A stretch of 64,000 bases of DNA, from contig JAAYDB010000003.1 in the NCBI GenBank assembly GCA_012729475.1, positions 472 through 64,471 of the forward strand. The letters run 5' to 3'. The notes beneath the pieces are model-generated. The model was not told the DNA's origin. It did no database searches and saw nothing but the letters and a program-made list of their open reading frames with translations. Numbering within the stretch: position 1 is the first letter of the stretch; every line of letters begins with the position of its first letter. Positions 21,555 through 32,542 of this stretch are shown one piece after another. Both the position numbers and the translations under genes were made by a program. This stretch comes from Bacteroidota bacterium (GTDB taxonomy: Bacteria > Bacteroidota > Bacteroidia > Bacteroidales > VadinHA17).

Positions 21555-22454
21555 ATGAAACCATCAATATTAGTACTGGCAGCGGGAATGGGAAGCCGTT
21601 ACGGGGGAAATAAACAGCTTGATGAAGTTGGACCTGCAGGGGAGACAATAATAGACTATTCTATATATGATGCAATTCGGGCAGGATTTGGGAAAATCGT
21701 ATTTGTTATCCGTCATGATATTGAAGAACAGGTCAAAGAGCGTTTTGTCGATAAATTAAAGGATAAAATTGAAGTTGAATATGTTTTTCAGGAAATAACC
21801 GATCTGCCGGAGGGAGTAAAGGTGTCTGCGGAAAGATCGAAACCCTGGGGTACGAGCCACGCAATACTGGTAGCTGAAGATAAGATTAAGGAGCCTTTTG
21901 GCGTAATTAACTCAGATGATTATTATGGAGTCGAGTCATTCAGGATACTTTATGATTTTCTTACCTCTGACACTGATCCCAATTCATATACTATTATCGG
22001 ATATAAACTGGGCAATACTCTTTCTGATCACGGAACAGTTAACAGAGGTATATGCAGGGTAGGAGATAACGGACTTCTTCAGGATATTGTGGAAACCAGA
22101 CAAATTCAAAAGACAGAAACAGGAGCAAAAGCTCCCGGTGCTGATGGGAATGATTTGCTTTTAAGTGGTGATGAGGTTGTTTCTATGAATTTATTCGGTT
22201 TTAAGCCATCAGTTTATGAATACCTGGGAGAGGAGTTCAGGAATTTTATTGATAGTAAGGGTATGGACCTGAAGTCTGAACTGGATATTCCCACATCACT
22301 TGATAAATTTGTTAAGAATGGGGATATTAAAATTAATGTACTGATGAGTGGTGAAAAATGGTTTGGAGTTACATACAGGGACGATAAGCCTTTCGTTGTG
22401 GAAAACATAAAAAAGATGATCAGAAGAGGTATTTATCCGGCAAGGATATATTGA
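21555..22454 (+). CDS. Sugar-phosphate nucleotidyltransferase
   Basis: 'LAAGMGSRYGG', 'KPWGT', 'INSDDYYG' and 'WFGVTY' motifs. Confidence 0.88.
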   Translation: MKPSILVLAAGMGSRYGGNKQLDEVGPAGETIIDYSIYDAIRAGFGKIVFVIRHDIEEQVKERFVDKLKDKIEVEYVFQEITDLPEGVKVSAERSKPWGTSHAILVAEDKIKEPFGVINSDDYYGVESFRILYDFLTSDTDPNSYTIIGYKLGNTLSDHGTVNRGICRVGDNGLLQDIVETRQIQKTETGAKAPGADGNDLLLSGDEVVSMNLFGFKPSVYEYLGEEFRNFIDSKGMDLKSELDIPTSLDKFVKNGDIKINVLMSGEKWFGVTYRDDKPFVVENIKKMIRRGIYPARIY

Positions 22455-22458
22455 ATTA

Positions 22459-24186
22459 TCACCACTTAAAATCACATTTAAATATGCTCTGATTGTCTTT
22501 GTTGTCAGTTACCTTCAGTTCAAGTGTGTGGTTGCAGTTTGCCGGAATCCGGTCAGGATCAAATTCACAAATAATTAAATTATTTTTCTGGTCGTATTCA
22601 AAAAGAGTCCATCGTCCGTCAATAAGGGGTTCATAACTCTTAATTCCCGAAAGATCATCACTGATCTTTATTTTCATTTTACTGTTTCGCGAAAAATTAT
22701 GACCTGACGAAAACCCTACCGGAACAATTGAAGGGGCTGTCGTGTCAGCAGAGATACTGAACATACCGAATGTTGGAGAATCAGCTGTGAAGTAGCCATC
22801 TGAATACGTTGTTTTTAATCCCCCCATTATCTTTTTATTGTTGAATAATTGCACAATCATCATTTTTGATTCCAGCCCTTCAGGTATGGAATCCGGCTTT
22901 ATTGACAAAGAAAAAGGCTTATGCACAGGGGTGTATATGTTATGAATATGGTGAATTTCAGAAAACATGCCATTGATACAATCTTCCTTTTTATATGTAA
23001 AACCAATAGTGTCGTAAAGACAACCTGCCGGTACATTAACAAAAATATCCTCAGCCCTGAATGTGTTTGATTTAGTATAATCCATATATACTTTATTCTT
23101 ATCAACAGGATAGCTATTTTTATCAGACTGAGTTTCCTGATCTCCCTGAACATAAAAATTAAGTGTGGATACATTACCATGAACATCGGAGATAATTATT
23201 TCTATCTTATATTCTCTGTCCTCATTGAAATTAAATATTCCTCTGTTCACCTTATTTGAATACAGGCTCAGTTTATCATTAGGGAGAACATAAGTCTTCT
23301 GTATACGGATGTTTTCCTTCAGGTATGTCTCATAGTCAATATGGCTGTTAATGTATTTGGTTTCGTTAAAAGAAAAAATATCCATCACATAATTATATAT
23401 GGAAACGGAGTCTATTTTAAGCTCTATTGAATATATTCCGCATTTATTATGACTGTCATTAAGCCGGTCAAAAGACTGAATTCCGAAACCTGCGGGTCCG
23501 TATATTTTGACAGTTCTGGAAGCAGGAATGTAATATTTACCTTTTCCTCCTGCCACTTTTATTATCGCCGGCTTATTTTCGTCGTTGACTCTGGAGGACC
23601 TGTTGATGGGATATATGGCAAGTCTTTCTATCACTGGTTCAATATCATCACTTGCTCCAAATTCAAAGAGGAGTGGGTTAATAGGTTTTTCAGAATCAGA
23701 TTTTCTTATTTCATAATGCAGATGGGGTCCGGATGAACTCCCTGTATTACCCGACCAGGCTATAAGATCACCCTGTTTAACAGAAAATCTGTTTTTTGGG
23801 GGAAAGAGATTGACAGTAAAACTCTTATTATTATATTGTTGTTGCCTGACATATCTCTCCACATCCGGAGTAAAACGGTCAAGATGTCCGTATACAGTTG
23901 AATATCCTGAAGGATGGCGAAGGTAAAGAGCTTTTCCAAACCCGCCAGGAGATACCGCAATACGGTATATATATCCATCTGCAGCTGCAATAATCTCTTT
24001 CCCGGTAACTCCCTGGGTCTTAATGTCCACTCCCGAGTGGAAATGATCACTTCTAAGCTCGCCGAAATTAGCAGAGAAGGAAAGAGGTATGTTTACTGGA
24101 GAAATAAACATCGCCCTGTCATCTGTTATGTCATCAGGTATGTTTAAAAATAAAATACTGAAAATAAAAAATCGGATAAGTAACAT
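22459..24186 (-). CDS. M23 family metallopeptidase
   Basis: 'HFHSGVD', 'YGHL' and 'GPHLHYE' motifs. Confidence 0.9.
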   Translation of the reverse strand: MLLIRFFIFSILFLNIPDDITDDRAMFISPVNIPLSFSANFGELRSDHFHSGVDIKTQGVTGKEIIAAADGYIYRIAVSPGGFGKALYLRHPSGYSTVYGHLDRFTPDVERYVRQQQYNNKSFTVNLFPPKNRFSVKQGDLIAWSGNTGSSSGPHLHYEIRKSDSEKPINPLLFEFGASDDIEPVIERLAIYPINRSSRVNDENKPAIIKVAGGKGKYYIPASRTVKIYGPAGFGIQSFDRLNDSHNKCGIYSIELKIDSVSIYNYVMDIFSFNETKYINSHIDYETYLKENIRIQKTYVLPNDKLSLYSNKVNRGIFNFNEDREYKIEIIISDVHGNVSTLNFYVQGDQETQSDKNSYPVDKNKVYMDYTKSNTFRAEDIFVNVPAGCLYDTIGFTYKKEDCINGMFSEIHHIHNIYTPVHKPFSLSIKPDSIPEGLESKMMIVQLFNNKKIMGGLKTTYSDGYFTADSPTFGMFSISADTTAPSIVPVGFSSGHNFSRNSKMKIKISDDLSGIKSYEPLIDGRWTLFEYDQKNNLIICEFDPDRIPANCNHTLELKVTDNKDNQSIFKCDFKW

Positions 24187-24306
24187 CTGCAAATGTATTA
24201 TTTTGTCAATTTACAAAACTATTCATCCCGTTCATATCGGCAAACTATTTGAACCTATTTTTTGAAAATATCGCTAACAATATTAACTTTGTATAAAGAT
24301 TTGATT

Positions 24307-24600
24307 ATGTCCGGTCAGGGTGAGGAAGAATTGAAGATTCTGAACATAAAGCTTGATGAATTGTTTAAAAGATATTATGACCTGAAGACCGAATGTATGA
24401 CACTTAAGGTACGGAATGACCAATTGACAGGGAAGATTCAGGAACGTGACTTAAGGATAAAAGAATTGGAGAACAAATACGAACAGGTTAAATTATCAGG
24501 AGCACTGTTGGGAGAAGGAGAACATGCAGGGGAGGCAAGAAAGAAGATTACAGAGTTAGTGCGGGAAATTGACAGATGTGTTGCTCTTTTAAATAGATAA
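24307..24600 (+). CDS. Coiled-coil protein upstream of zapA (ZapB-like)
   Basis: Heptad-rich; ends in 'LVREIDRCVALLN'; TAACTTTG element at 24284-24291 favours the ATG at 24307. Confidence 0.75.
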   Translation: MSGQGEEELKILNIKLDELFKRYYDLKTECMTLKVRNDQLTGKIQERDLRIKELENKYEQVKLSGALLGEGEHAGEARKKITELVREIDRCVALLNR

Positions 24601-24608
24601 AATATACA

Positions 24609-24902
24609 ATGGATGATAAGCTCTCTATCAGGGTCAATGTAGCAGACAGGTATTATCCATTGAAAGTGGAACCGGAAAATGAAGAGAAGATCAGGAAAGC
24701 TGCCAGGATGATCAATGAAAAGGTGTTGCAGTACAAACAACACTATAGTGACAAAGATGTACAGGATTATCTGGCAATGGCTGCACTTCAGTATGTGATA
24801 AAACTTACAGAAGAGGAAGAAAAGAAGAATAATGATCATCTCCCGGAAGCCATTAAAGAACTGATCACTAAGATAGATCTGGTTCTTGAAACAAAAGAGT
24901 AA
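24609..24902 (+). CDS. zapA: Cell division protein ZapA
   Basis: 'VADRYYPLKV', 'EEKIRKAA' and 'QDYLAMAAL' motifs. Confidence 0.9.
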   Translation: MDDKLSIRVNVADRYYPLKVEPENEEKIRKAARMINEKVLQYKQHYSDKDVQDYLAMAALQYVIKLTEEEEKKNNDHLPEAIKELITKIDLVLETKE

Positions 24903-24930
24903 CTGCGTTCTTTTACATAGCAAATGAAAT

Positions 24931-25130
24931 TGCCCGCATTGTTTCTTCATTCATTTTTGAAACTCAACAGTTAAAACTTTGGAGCGATCCTTAGTTCGTC
25001 AAGAACAGGCCGCATTCTGATTCGTCAGGATTCCGCCGAAAGGCAGAACAGTGGAAGTTCGAAATGAATTAGTAGCACCAACCATGAATGATTGGGGTTT
25101 TATAAAATCTGGGGGAACTTTGCGGGTTTT
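24931..25130 (+). ncRNA. ssrS: Probable 6S RNA
   Basis: About 195-nt ORF-free region between zapA and rny; closing stem CCCGCA (24933-38) / TGCGGG (25121-26) followed by a U-run; internal arm AAACTCAA / TTGGGGTTT and GCC-GAAA-GGC hairpin; ends approximate. Confidence 0.7.
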
Positions 25131-25178
25131 TTATTTATATATAATTAATTACACTTATACAATATAACACTATATATC

Positions 25179-26741
25179 ATGACACTATTAACCGGAACGA
25201 TAGGTACAGGACTGACATTTATTTTCTGTACCGCCTCACTTGTGCTGGGCTCAGCGGTTGCATATTTCATCTGGCAAAAAGCACTTCATAACAAAAGTCG
25301 CAAAATAATAGCAGAAGCAGAAGCAGAAGCAGAAGTTATAAAGAAGGAAAAGATACTTCAGGCCAAAGAGAGATTCCTTCAATTAAAAACAGAGCATGAA
25401 AAAGTAATAAATGAGAAAAATAATAAGATATCACAGGCTGAAAACAGGATTAAACAAAAAGAACTGACTCTTTCGCAGAAACTCGAAGAATCGCAGAGAA
25501 AGAAAAACGAAGCCGACTTAATACGTGAAAATCTTACAACCCAGCTTGAACTCGTTGAAAAGAAAAATGAAGAACTGGAAAAACTGCACAGACAGCAGGT
25601 TGAGCAACTCGAAGCTATCTCCGGTCTCTCAGCCGAAGAAGCAAAAAACAGCCTTATTGAATCCCTGAAAGAAGAAGCTAAAACAGGAGCAATGTCATAT
25701 ATTAACGAGATTCTTGATGAAGCCAAGATGACTGCCAATAAGGAGGCCAGGAGAATAGTTGTTCAGACTATTCAGAGAGTAGCTGCAGAAAATGCTATTG
25801 AGAATGCAGTGACAGTCTTTCATATTGAATCAGATGAGATGAAAGGTCGTATTATAGGACGTGAAGGCCGGAATATAAGGGCACTTGAAGCTGCCACAGG
25901 GGTTGAAATAATTGTTGATGATACACCCGAAGCAATAGTCCTTTCTGCCTTTGACCCTGTCAGAAGAGAGATAGCACGGCTCGCTCTTCATCAGCTGGTT
26001 ACTGACGGACGTATACATCCGGCCAGAATAGAGGAGATAGTTGAAAAAACAAAAAAGCAGGTTGAGGACGAGATACTGGAAGTAGGTAAGAGAACAACCA
26101 TCGATCTGGGTATACACGGTCTCCATCCGGAACTGATCAGACTTGTGGGGAAAATGAAATATCGCTCATCCTATGGACAAAACCTGCTAATGCACTCCCG
26201 CGAAGTTGCAAACCTTGCTTCAATTATGGCTGCCGAACTGGGATTGAACCCGAAAATTGCAAAAAGAGCCGGGTTGCTTCATGATATTGGGAAAGTGCCC
26301 GACGATGAACCAGAGTTGCCACATGCAATCCTTGGAATGAAGATAGCTGAGAAATTCAAGGAGAAACCTGAGATTTGTAATGCTATCGGAGCTCATCATG
26401 ACGAGACAGAGATGACAACACTCATTGCTCCAATAGTACAGGTTTGTGATGCAATCTCCGGAGCACGCCCCGGAGCACGTCGCGAAGTGGTGGAATCATA
26501 TATAAAAAGACTTAAGGAACTCGAATCACTGGCATTACAGTATCCGGGCGTTATGAAAACTTATGCTATTCAGGCAGGAAGAGAACTGAGAGTAATAGTG
26601 GGAGCTGAAAAAGTATCAGATAAAGATGCTGAAGGATTATCCTTCGAAATTGCCCGTAAAATACAGAATGAAATGACTTATCCCGGTCAGATTAAAATTA
26701 CTGTTATTAGAGAAACCAGGGCAATCCAATATGCCAAATAG
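25179..26741 (+). CDS. rny: Ribonuclease Y
   Basis: N-terminal TM, coiled coil, KH '[12 protein letters not shown]', HD 'LLHDIGK'. Confidence 0.96.
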   Translation: MTLLTGTIGTGLTFIFCTASLVLGSAVAYFIWQKALHNKSRKIIAEAEAEAEVIKKEKILQAKERFLQLKTEHEKVINEKNNKISQAENRIKQKELTLSQKLEESQRKKNEADLIRENLTTQLELVEKKNEELEKLHRQQVEQLEAISGLSAEEAKNSLIESLKEEAKTGAMSYINEILDEAKMTANKEARRIVVQTIQRVAAENAIENAVTVFHIESDEMKGRIIGREGRNIRALEAATGVEIIVDDTPEAIVLSAFDPVRREIARLALHQLVTDGRIHPARIEEIVEKTKKQVEDEILEVGKRTTIDLGIHGLHPELIRLVGKMKYRSSYGQNLLMHSREVANLASIMAAELGLNPKIAKRAGLLHDIGKVPDDEPELPHAILGMKIAEKFKEKPEICNAIGAHHDETEMTTLIAPIVQVCDAISGARPGARREVVESYIKRLKELESLALQYPGVMKTYAIQAGRELRVIVGAEKVSDKDAEGLSFEIARKIQNEMTYPGQIKITVIRETRAIQYAK

Positions 26742-26848
26742 ATTAATCGTATTGCTTTTGTTTACATAAACAGACATATGTGACTACTTAATGATTACTT
26801 ATTATTCAGATATTTTTTTAAATTTGGACATCCGAATTTTAGAAAATA

Positions 26849-28006
26849 ATGTCAGCAATAAAATTAATCAATATTGTCGGAGCCAGACCACAAATAATCA
26901 AGGCTTCGGCAATAAGCAGAGCTATCAGGCTGCATTTTGCCGATCGCATCAATGAAATAACAATTCACACCGGACAACACTACGACAAGGAAATGTCCGC
27001 TGTTTTTTTTGATGAACTCGAAATTCATAAACCTGATTATAATCTCGAAGTAGGATCTGCCAGCCATGGCCGGCAAATATCCATGATGATAATCGGTATC
27101 GAAGAGATACTGACGAAAGAAAAACCTGACTGTGTCCTCTTATACGGCGATACTAACTCTACTCTTGCTGGAGCTGTGGCAGCAGCTAAGCTCCAGTTTC
27201 CGATAGTACATATAGAAGCAGGACTGAGATCCTTTAATAAAAAAATGCCCGAAGAATTAAACAGGATAGTCAGTGACCATTCATCAACACTCCTCTTTGC
27301 ACCTACCAATGCCGCCTTCAAGAACCTCATAAGAGAGGGTTTCCGTCCCGAAAACTCACCTCCTTATACTTTGGATAATCCTAAGATATATCTTACAGGA
27401 GATATCATGTATGATAACTCACTGTTTTTTGCCAGCCTTGCTGAAAAAAAGAAAAAAGGATTCCTAAGGGAACTGGATATAGACAGGGATAACTTTATCC
27501 TGACTACCATTCACCGTGATATTAATACTGACAATATACAAAGGCTACAGACTATTTTAACGACTCTTAAATCTCTGGCTGAAAAGTATTCCATTAAGTT
27601 TGTAATGCCTTTGCACCCCCGTACTATATCGTCACTTAAAATAAATCTTGACAAAGTGTATAAGGAACTTGTCAGTTTCGATCTGATAAAAATAGTACCT
27701 CCTGTATCATTTCTGGAAATGACTTTACTGGAAAAAACAGCCAAAATCATAATTACTGATTCCGGTGGGGTCCAGAAAGAATCACATTTTTTCAAAAAAC
27801 CCTGTATTGTATTACGTAAGGAAACTGAATGGATTGAGTTGGTTAATAACGGAACAACAGTGCTTGTTGATGCAGATGAGGATAAAATAAGAAATGAGTT
27901 TGAAAGAATAATGGCTGATCAGTCTGATTTTAGTTATCCTACTTTCTATGGCGACGGCAGGACAGCAGAGTTTATTCTCAATGAAGTGCTCATGATGTTT
28001 GAGTAA
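26849..28006 (+). CDS. wecB: UDP-N-acetylglucosamine 2-epimerase (non-hydrolysing)
   Basis: 'GARPQIIK', 'HTGQHYD', 'HIEAGLRS' and 'TDSGGVQKE' motifs. Confidence 0.9.
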   Translation: MSAIKLINIVGARPQIIKASAISRAIRLHFADRINEITIHTGQHYDKEMSAVFFDELEIHKPDYNLEVGSASHGRQISMMIIGIEEILTKEKPDCVLLYGDTNSTLAGAVAAAKLQFPIVHIEAGLRSFNKKMPEELNRIVSDHSSTLLFAPTNAAFKNLIREGFRPENSPPYTLDNPKIYLTGDIMYDNSLFFASLAEKKKKGFLRELDIDRDNFILTTIHRDINTDNIQRLQTILTTLKSLAEKYSIKFVMPLHPRTISSLKINLDKVYKELVSFDLIKIVPPVSFLEMTLLEKTAKIIITDSGGVQKESHFFKKPCIVLRKETEWIELVNNGTTVLVDADEDKIRNEFERIMADQSDFSYPTFYGDGRTAEFILNEVLMMFE

Positions 28007-28054
28007 AATATCCTGTCATGTGACAGTTTTTTTATTTCTGTAAATAATCTATTT

Positions 28055-29038
28055 ATGACACAATTACTAAAAAATAGCAGGGTACTGGTAACAGGTGGTG
28101 CAGGTTTCATCGGTTCAAATCTCGTTGAATCATTATTACTTGCTGATAATAGTGTTGTTTGTCTTGATAACTTTTCCACGGGTAAAAAGAAAAACATAGA
28201 AAGTTTTTTAAATGACTCCCGTTTTGAACTTATAGAAGGTGACATCCGTAACTATGATGATTGCTGCAAAGCTGCAGGGGGCATTGATTATGTTTTTCAT
28301 CAGGCAGCTCTCGGGTCTGTGCCGAGGTCAATAAAAGACCCTGTGACATCGACTGATGTCAATATCGGGGGATTTGTCAAGATGTTGTTTGCTTCAAAGG
28401 AGGCAGGTGTCCGAAGGTTTATTTATGCTGCCAGTTCATCCACCTATGGTGATCATCCAGGACTTCCGAAAGTGGAGGACAAGATAGGAAAACCTTTATC
28501 ACCTTATGGGATAACGAAATATGTAGATGAGCTTTTTGCATATAATTTTGCTGTTACATATAATATTGATGTTATAGGTCTGAGGTATTTCAATGTATTT
28601 GGTCGCCGGCAGGATCCTGACGGCGCCTACGCAGCTGTTATCCCTAAATTTCTTAAGATGCTGAAAGCCCATGAGGCTCCTGTGATAAACGGAGACGGTA
28701 CATTTTCACGTGATTTTACATATATAGACAATGTAATGCAGGCAAATCATCTTGCTGCCCTGGTGAGTGATGAGCAGGCTCTTAACCAGGTGTATAATGT
28801 TGCTCATGGAGAACGCACAACATTAACCGGGCTTTTTAACCATATAAAAGAGCTGGCATTAAATTATGACCAAGGCATAAAGGCTATAGAACCGGTTTAT
28901 GGTCCGGAAAGGACAGGGGATATACCTCATTCTCTTGCATCAATAGAAAAGGCAAAACAACTACTGGGATACTCTCCGACACACAACATAAAACAAGGAC
29001 TCAAAGAAGCCGTGGACTGGTATTGGAAAAATCTGTGA
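28055..29038 (+). CDS. UDP-GlcNAc/GlcNAcA 4-epimerase (WbpP/TviC-like SDR)
   Basis: 'GGAGFIGS', 'HQAALGSVPRS', YxxxK and 'YAAVIP' motifs. Confidence 0.88.
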   Translation: MTQLLKNSRVLVTGGAGFIGSNLVESLLLADNSVVCLDNFSTGKKKNIESFLNDSRFELIEGDIRNYDDCCKAAGGIDYVFHQAALGSVPRSIKDPVTSTDVNIGGFVKMLFASKEAGVRRFIYAASSSTYGDHPGLPKVEDKIGKPLSPYGITKYVDELFAYNFAVTYNIDVIGLRYFNVFGRRQDPDGAYAAVIPKFLKMLKAHEAPVINGDGTFSRDFTYIDNVMQANHLAALVSDEQALNQVYNVAHGERTTLTGLFNHIKELALNYDQGIKAIEPVYGPERTGDIPHSLASIEKAKQLLGYSPTHNIKQGLKEAVDWYWKNL

Positions 29039-29116
29039 ACTGGAATATAGGGTAATGAAAATTATTATAACTATTTCTTTATTCTGATATTACCATCGCT
29101 TATTTCTTTTATAATA

Positions 29117-30502
29117 ATGAAAATATCTAAAAAAGATGTTATTTGGAGTTTTTCTGCTACCTTTTTCAAAGTGGCTTCAAGTGCTCTTTTGCTTCCACTT
29201 ATTTTAAGAATGCTTCCTGCAGAAGATGTGGGGCTTTATACTATTTTTCTTTCAGTTACAACAATGGTAAGTCTTTTTGATTTTGGTTTCAGCCCTTCTT
29301 TTTCAAGGAATATTTCATATATTTTTAGTGGGGTTAATGAATTAAAAAAAGAAGGTTTAAGCGAATCTGTTAAGAATGGTAAAGTGGATTATTGTCTCCT
29401 GAAAGGGACAATCGATTCAATGAAATGGCTGTATATTAGAATAGCCTTTGCAGTGTTTTTCTTTCTTGCCATTGCAGGAACGTATTACATAAGTCTTGTT
29501 CTTGATAATTACTCGGGTAATATTCCCCATGCATATATAGCCTGGGGAATATTATGTATAATTAACTGTTACAACCTTTATACATATTATTATGATTCAC
29601 TTCTCATTGGGAAAGGCCTGATAAAAACATCAAAACAGATTATTGTCTTTTCTCAGATAATATTTCTTCTTGCAGCAACATTTCTTTTGTTACTGGGATA
29701 TGGTTTAATTGCAATAGTATCATCACAATTATTGTATGTTGTAATTTCGCGTACCCTTTCGAGAAAAGCATTTTTTACAATTGAACTCAGATCAAAGCTA
29801 AAAAAAACAGTCAGTGGATTACGCTCATCGGTTTTGAAATCTGTTACTCCTAACGCAATAAAACTTGGATTAACAATATTGGGCGGTATATTGATTCAGC
29901 GTTCTGCAATTATTATAGGATCTCTGTTTATACCTTTGTCAGATATTGCATCTTACGGCCTTACCAGGCAATTATTTGACATTTTATCCGGACTTGCACC
30001 AGTATATATAACTACCTACATTCCTCTGATATCAAAATACAGAGTAGAAGGGAAGAATGAAAAAATAAAATCCATATATATAAAGGGTACGATCATTTCA
30101 TTTATGATATTCTTTATAGGTTTCTTTATTATTTACCTCTTTGGAGAGAATGCTCTTGCTCTATTAGGGTCTGAAACCATACTACTTCCAAAGGGATTGA
30201 TAGTTGCAGCAATGTTAGTGACTATATTGGAGATGAATCATGCATCTGCTGGAAACATTCTGGTAACAAAGAATGAAGTGCCATTTTTTAAACCCTCCAT
30301 CATTTCTGGATTAATCACGGCTATATTAATATATATATATCTTAGATTTACTGACATAGGCCTTTTTAGTCTTTTTCTTGCTCCGGGGATTGTAGATATT
30401 GCATATCAGAGCTGGAAATGGCCAATAGAAGTGATAAAGGACTTGAAAATATCACTTAGGGATGTTTTTCAGGAAATACGTAATTTTATCGAATCCCTAT
30501 AA
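29117..30502 (+). CDS. wzx: Wzx-type oligosaccharide flippase
   Basis: About 12 TM segments; 'LFDFGFSPSFSRN'; position in the cluster. Confidence 0.8.
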   Translation: MKISKKDVIWSFSATFFKVASSALLLPLILRMLPAEDVGLYTIFLSVTTMVSLFDFGFSPSFSRNISYIFSGVNELKKEGLSESVKNGKVDYCLLKGTIDSMKWLYIRIAFAVFFFLAIAGTYYISLVLDNYSGNIPHAYIAWGILCIINCYNLYTYYYDSLLIGKGLIKTSKQIIVFSQIIFLLAATFLLLLGYGLIAIVSSQLLYVVISRTLSRKAFFTIELRSKLKKTVSGLRSSVLKSVTPNAIKLGLTILGGILIQRSAIIIGSLFIPLSDIASYGLTRQLFDILSGLAPVYITTYIPLISKYRVEGKNEKIKSIYIKGTIISFMIFFIGFFIIYLFGENALALLGSETILLPKGLIVAAMLVTILEMNHASAGNILVTKNEVPFFKPSIISGLITAILIYIYLRFTDIGLFSLFLAPGIVDIAYQSWKWPIEVIKDLKISLRDVFQEIRNFIESL

Positions 30503-31482
30503 TGAATAGATTCTCCAGAGATATGAAATGTAGAATATGTGAAAATGATTCAAAGAATAAAATTTTTGAGATAAAGGAGATGATGATGGGGCTGAAAGAA
30601 GCCTTTACTTATTTTCTATGCTCAAAATGTGGGTCACTTCAAATAGCTGATATTACGACAGACTTAAAAAAGTATTACCCAGAAAATTACTACAGTTTCC
30701 ATAATACAACAGAACGAAGTTCTTATTTAAAATTATTTTTAAAAAAAATCAGGGATGAATATACGATTTACCAGAAAGGGAAAATTGGGAAATTCCTTTT
30801 TAGAATATTCCTTGATACTGAACTGCTAATTCTTTCAGGAATTCCCAAAGATGCCTTTATACTGGATGTGGGTTGTGGTAACGGCAGGCTTCTTTTTAGA
30901 TTACATGAATTAGGATTCAGAAATGCTCGTGGTATTGATCCATATATTCAGGAGCCAATAATGTATTCAGATAATTTGTTGGTCAATAAAAAGAAACTTA
31001 CTGATGTTGGAGGTAAATGGGATGTGATTTTATTTAATCATTCTTTTGAACATGTTCTTGATCCTGTGAAAGAGATCATACTGGTGGAAAAGTTGCTCTC
31101 TGATTCTGGTGTGTGTATTATAAGTACACCAATAGTTGATTCATTTGCCTGGGATTACTATAAGACTGACTGGGTACAGATCGATGCACCTCGTCATCAA
31201 CATATTCATTCGAAGAAAAGTATTACAATTCTTGCAGAAAAAGCAAATCTTTTGTTAAACAGAATCTTTTATAATTCTACTGAATTTCAGTTTCTAGGAA
31301 GTGAGCAATACAAAAGAGAAATTCCACTTAATGATGCAAGATCTTTTTTTGTTAACAAGAATCAGTCAATATTTACAAAATATGACATTGAAAAATTTAA
31401 AAGAAAATCAATTGAACTTAATGAACTAGAAATGGGAGACCAGGCTGTTTTCTATTTAAAAAAGAAAGAAAATAAACGCTGA
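30502..31482 (+). CDS. Class I SAM-dependent methyltransferase with N-terminal Cys (Zn) motifs
   Basis: 'CRIC', 'CSKCGS', 'LDVGCGNG', 'HSFEH' and 'DAPRH' motifs. Confidence 0.85.
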   Translation: MNRFSRDMKCRICENDSKNKIFEIKEMMMGLKEAFTYFLCSKCGSLQIADITTDLKKYYPENYYSFHNTTERSSYLKLFLKKIRDEYTIYQKGKIGKFLFRIFLDTELLILSGIPKDAFILDVGCGNGRLLFRLHELGFRNARGIDPYIQEPIMYSDNLLVNKKKLTDVGGKWDVILFNHSFEHVLDPVKEIILVEKLLSDSGVCIISTPIVDSFAWDYYKTDWVQIDAPRHQHIHSKKSITILAEKANLLLNRIFYNSTEFQFLGSEQYKREIPLNDARSFFVNKNQSIFTKYDIEKFKRKSIELNELEMGDQAVFYLKKKENKR

Positions 31483-31527
31483 TATATTGTATATATAGAA
31501 GGTATTAATTATGATCTCTAGATATTA

Positions 31528-32463
31528 ATGGATGTTTCTGTAATTATTGTAAACTATAATACCACTGATCAGTTATGTGTTTCAGTTGAGAGTGTGATTA
31601 CTCATACAGAATTAATAAATTATGAGATCATTGTAGTTGACAATTCAAAGGATGACAAAGCCCGTGGGGTACTTGAAGAAAGATTTCAGGATAAAGTGAG
31701 GTATCTGGGAATACATAAAAATATTGGATTTGGAAAGGCAAATAACGAGGGACTCAGATATGCAAAAGGAAGAAATATCTTATTTTTAAATCCCGATACA
31801 ATCCTTTTAAATAATGCATTATTGATTCTAAGCGATTTTCTGGATAATAATCCAAGTACAGGAATGGCAGGAGGCAATCTATATAACAGGGATCTGAATC
31901 CTGCATATTCATTCAGACAATTCAGACCGTCATTATTCTGGGAATTAAATGAATTGTTTTTCTCTTTTCCGGAAAATCTGATTTATAGGAAGAACAAATA
32001 TTTTAATCATAGCAGCGTGCCGATGGATGTTGCCTATATAACAGGAGCTGATGTGATGATTCCAAGGAGGATTTTAGAAATTACCGGTAGTTTTGATCCT
32101 TCATTTTTTCTGTATTTTGAGGAAACCGATCTGGCTCACAGGGTTAGAAAAGCCGGGTATAATATTAAGAATGTGCCTCAGGCCAGGATCATACATCTGG
32201 AAGGGACCAGCTTCAGATCAGGTTTCGAGAGGCACTACAATTTTGCTTGTGGAAAAATAAATTACTATAAGAAAAATAAGAGCCGGGTAGAATTTATTGT
32301 TATGAGCATTATCAGTATGTTTACAATATATGCAAGAATCATGTTTTTTTGGGTTTTATCCGAAGAGTCGAAACTGAAAGAATGGCAAACCATATACAAA
32401 TCATACCTGGAAGCTTGTAGAAAAGTGGGAAAAAACAGAAATATTCACCGAATTAATATTTAA
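31528..32463 (+). CDS. Glycosyltransferase family 2 (WbbL-like)
   Basis: 'IIVNYN', 'GFGKANN', 'LNPD' and 'YFEETD' motifs. Confidence 0.88.
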   Translation: MDVSVIIVNYNTTDQLCVSVESVITHTELINYEIIVVDNSKDDKARGVLEERFQDKVRYLGIHKNIGFGKANNEGLRYAKGRNILFLNPDTILLNNALLILSDFLDNNPSTGMAGGNLYNRDLNPAYSFRQFRPSLFWELNELFFSFPENLIYRKNKYFNHSSVPMDVAYITGADVMIPRRILEITGSFDPSFFLYFEETDLAHRVRKAGYNIKNVPQARIIHLEGTSFRSGFERHYNFACGKINYYKKNKSRVEFIVMSIISMFTIYARIMFFWVLSEESKLKEWQTIYKSYLEACRKVGKNRNIHRINI

Positions 32464-32542
32464 ATAATCTGTTTAAAGAGCACTTTAGTTTTACAAGTGG
32501 CCTTAAAAGGCTAAAAAACATATTGAAGGAAAACTCACTTAT

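Noticed and set aside
24438-24950. 170-aa minus-strand ORF
   Set aside because: Antisense shadow of zapA and its upstream gene.
25310-25335. (GCAGAA)n short tandem repeat in rny
   Set aside because: In-frame AEAEAEAE coiled-coil coding; ordinary.
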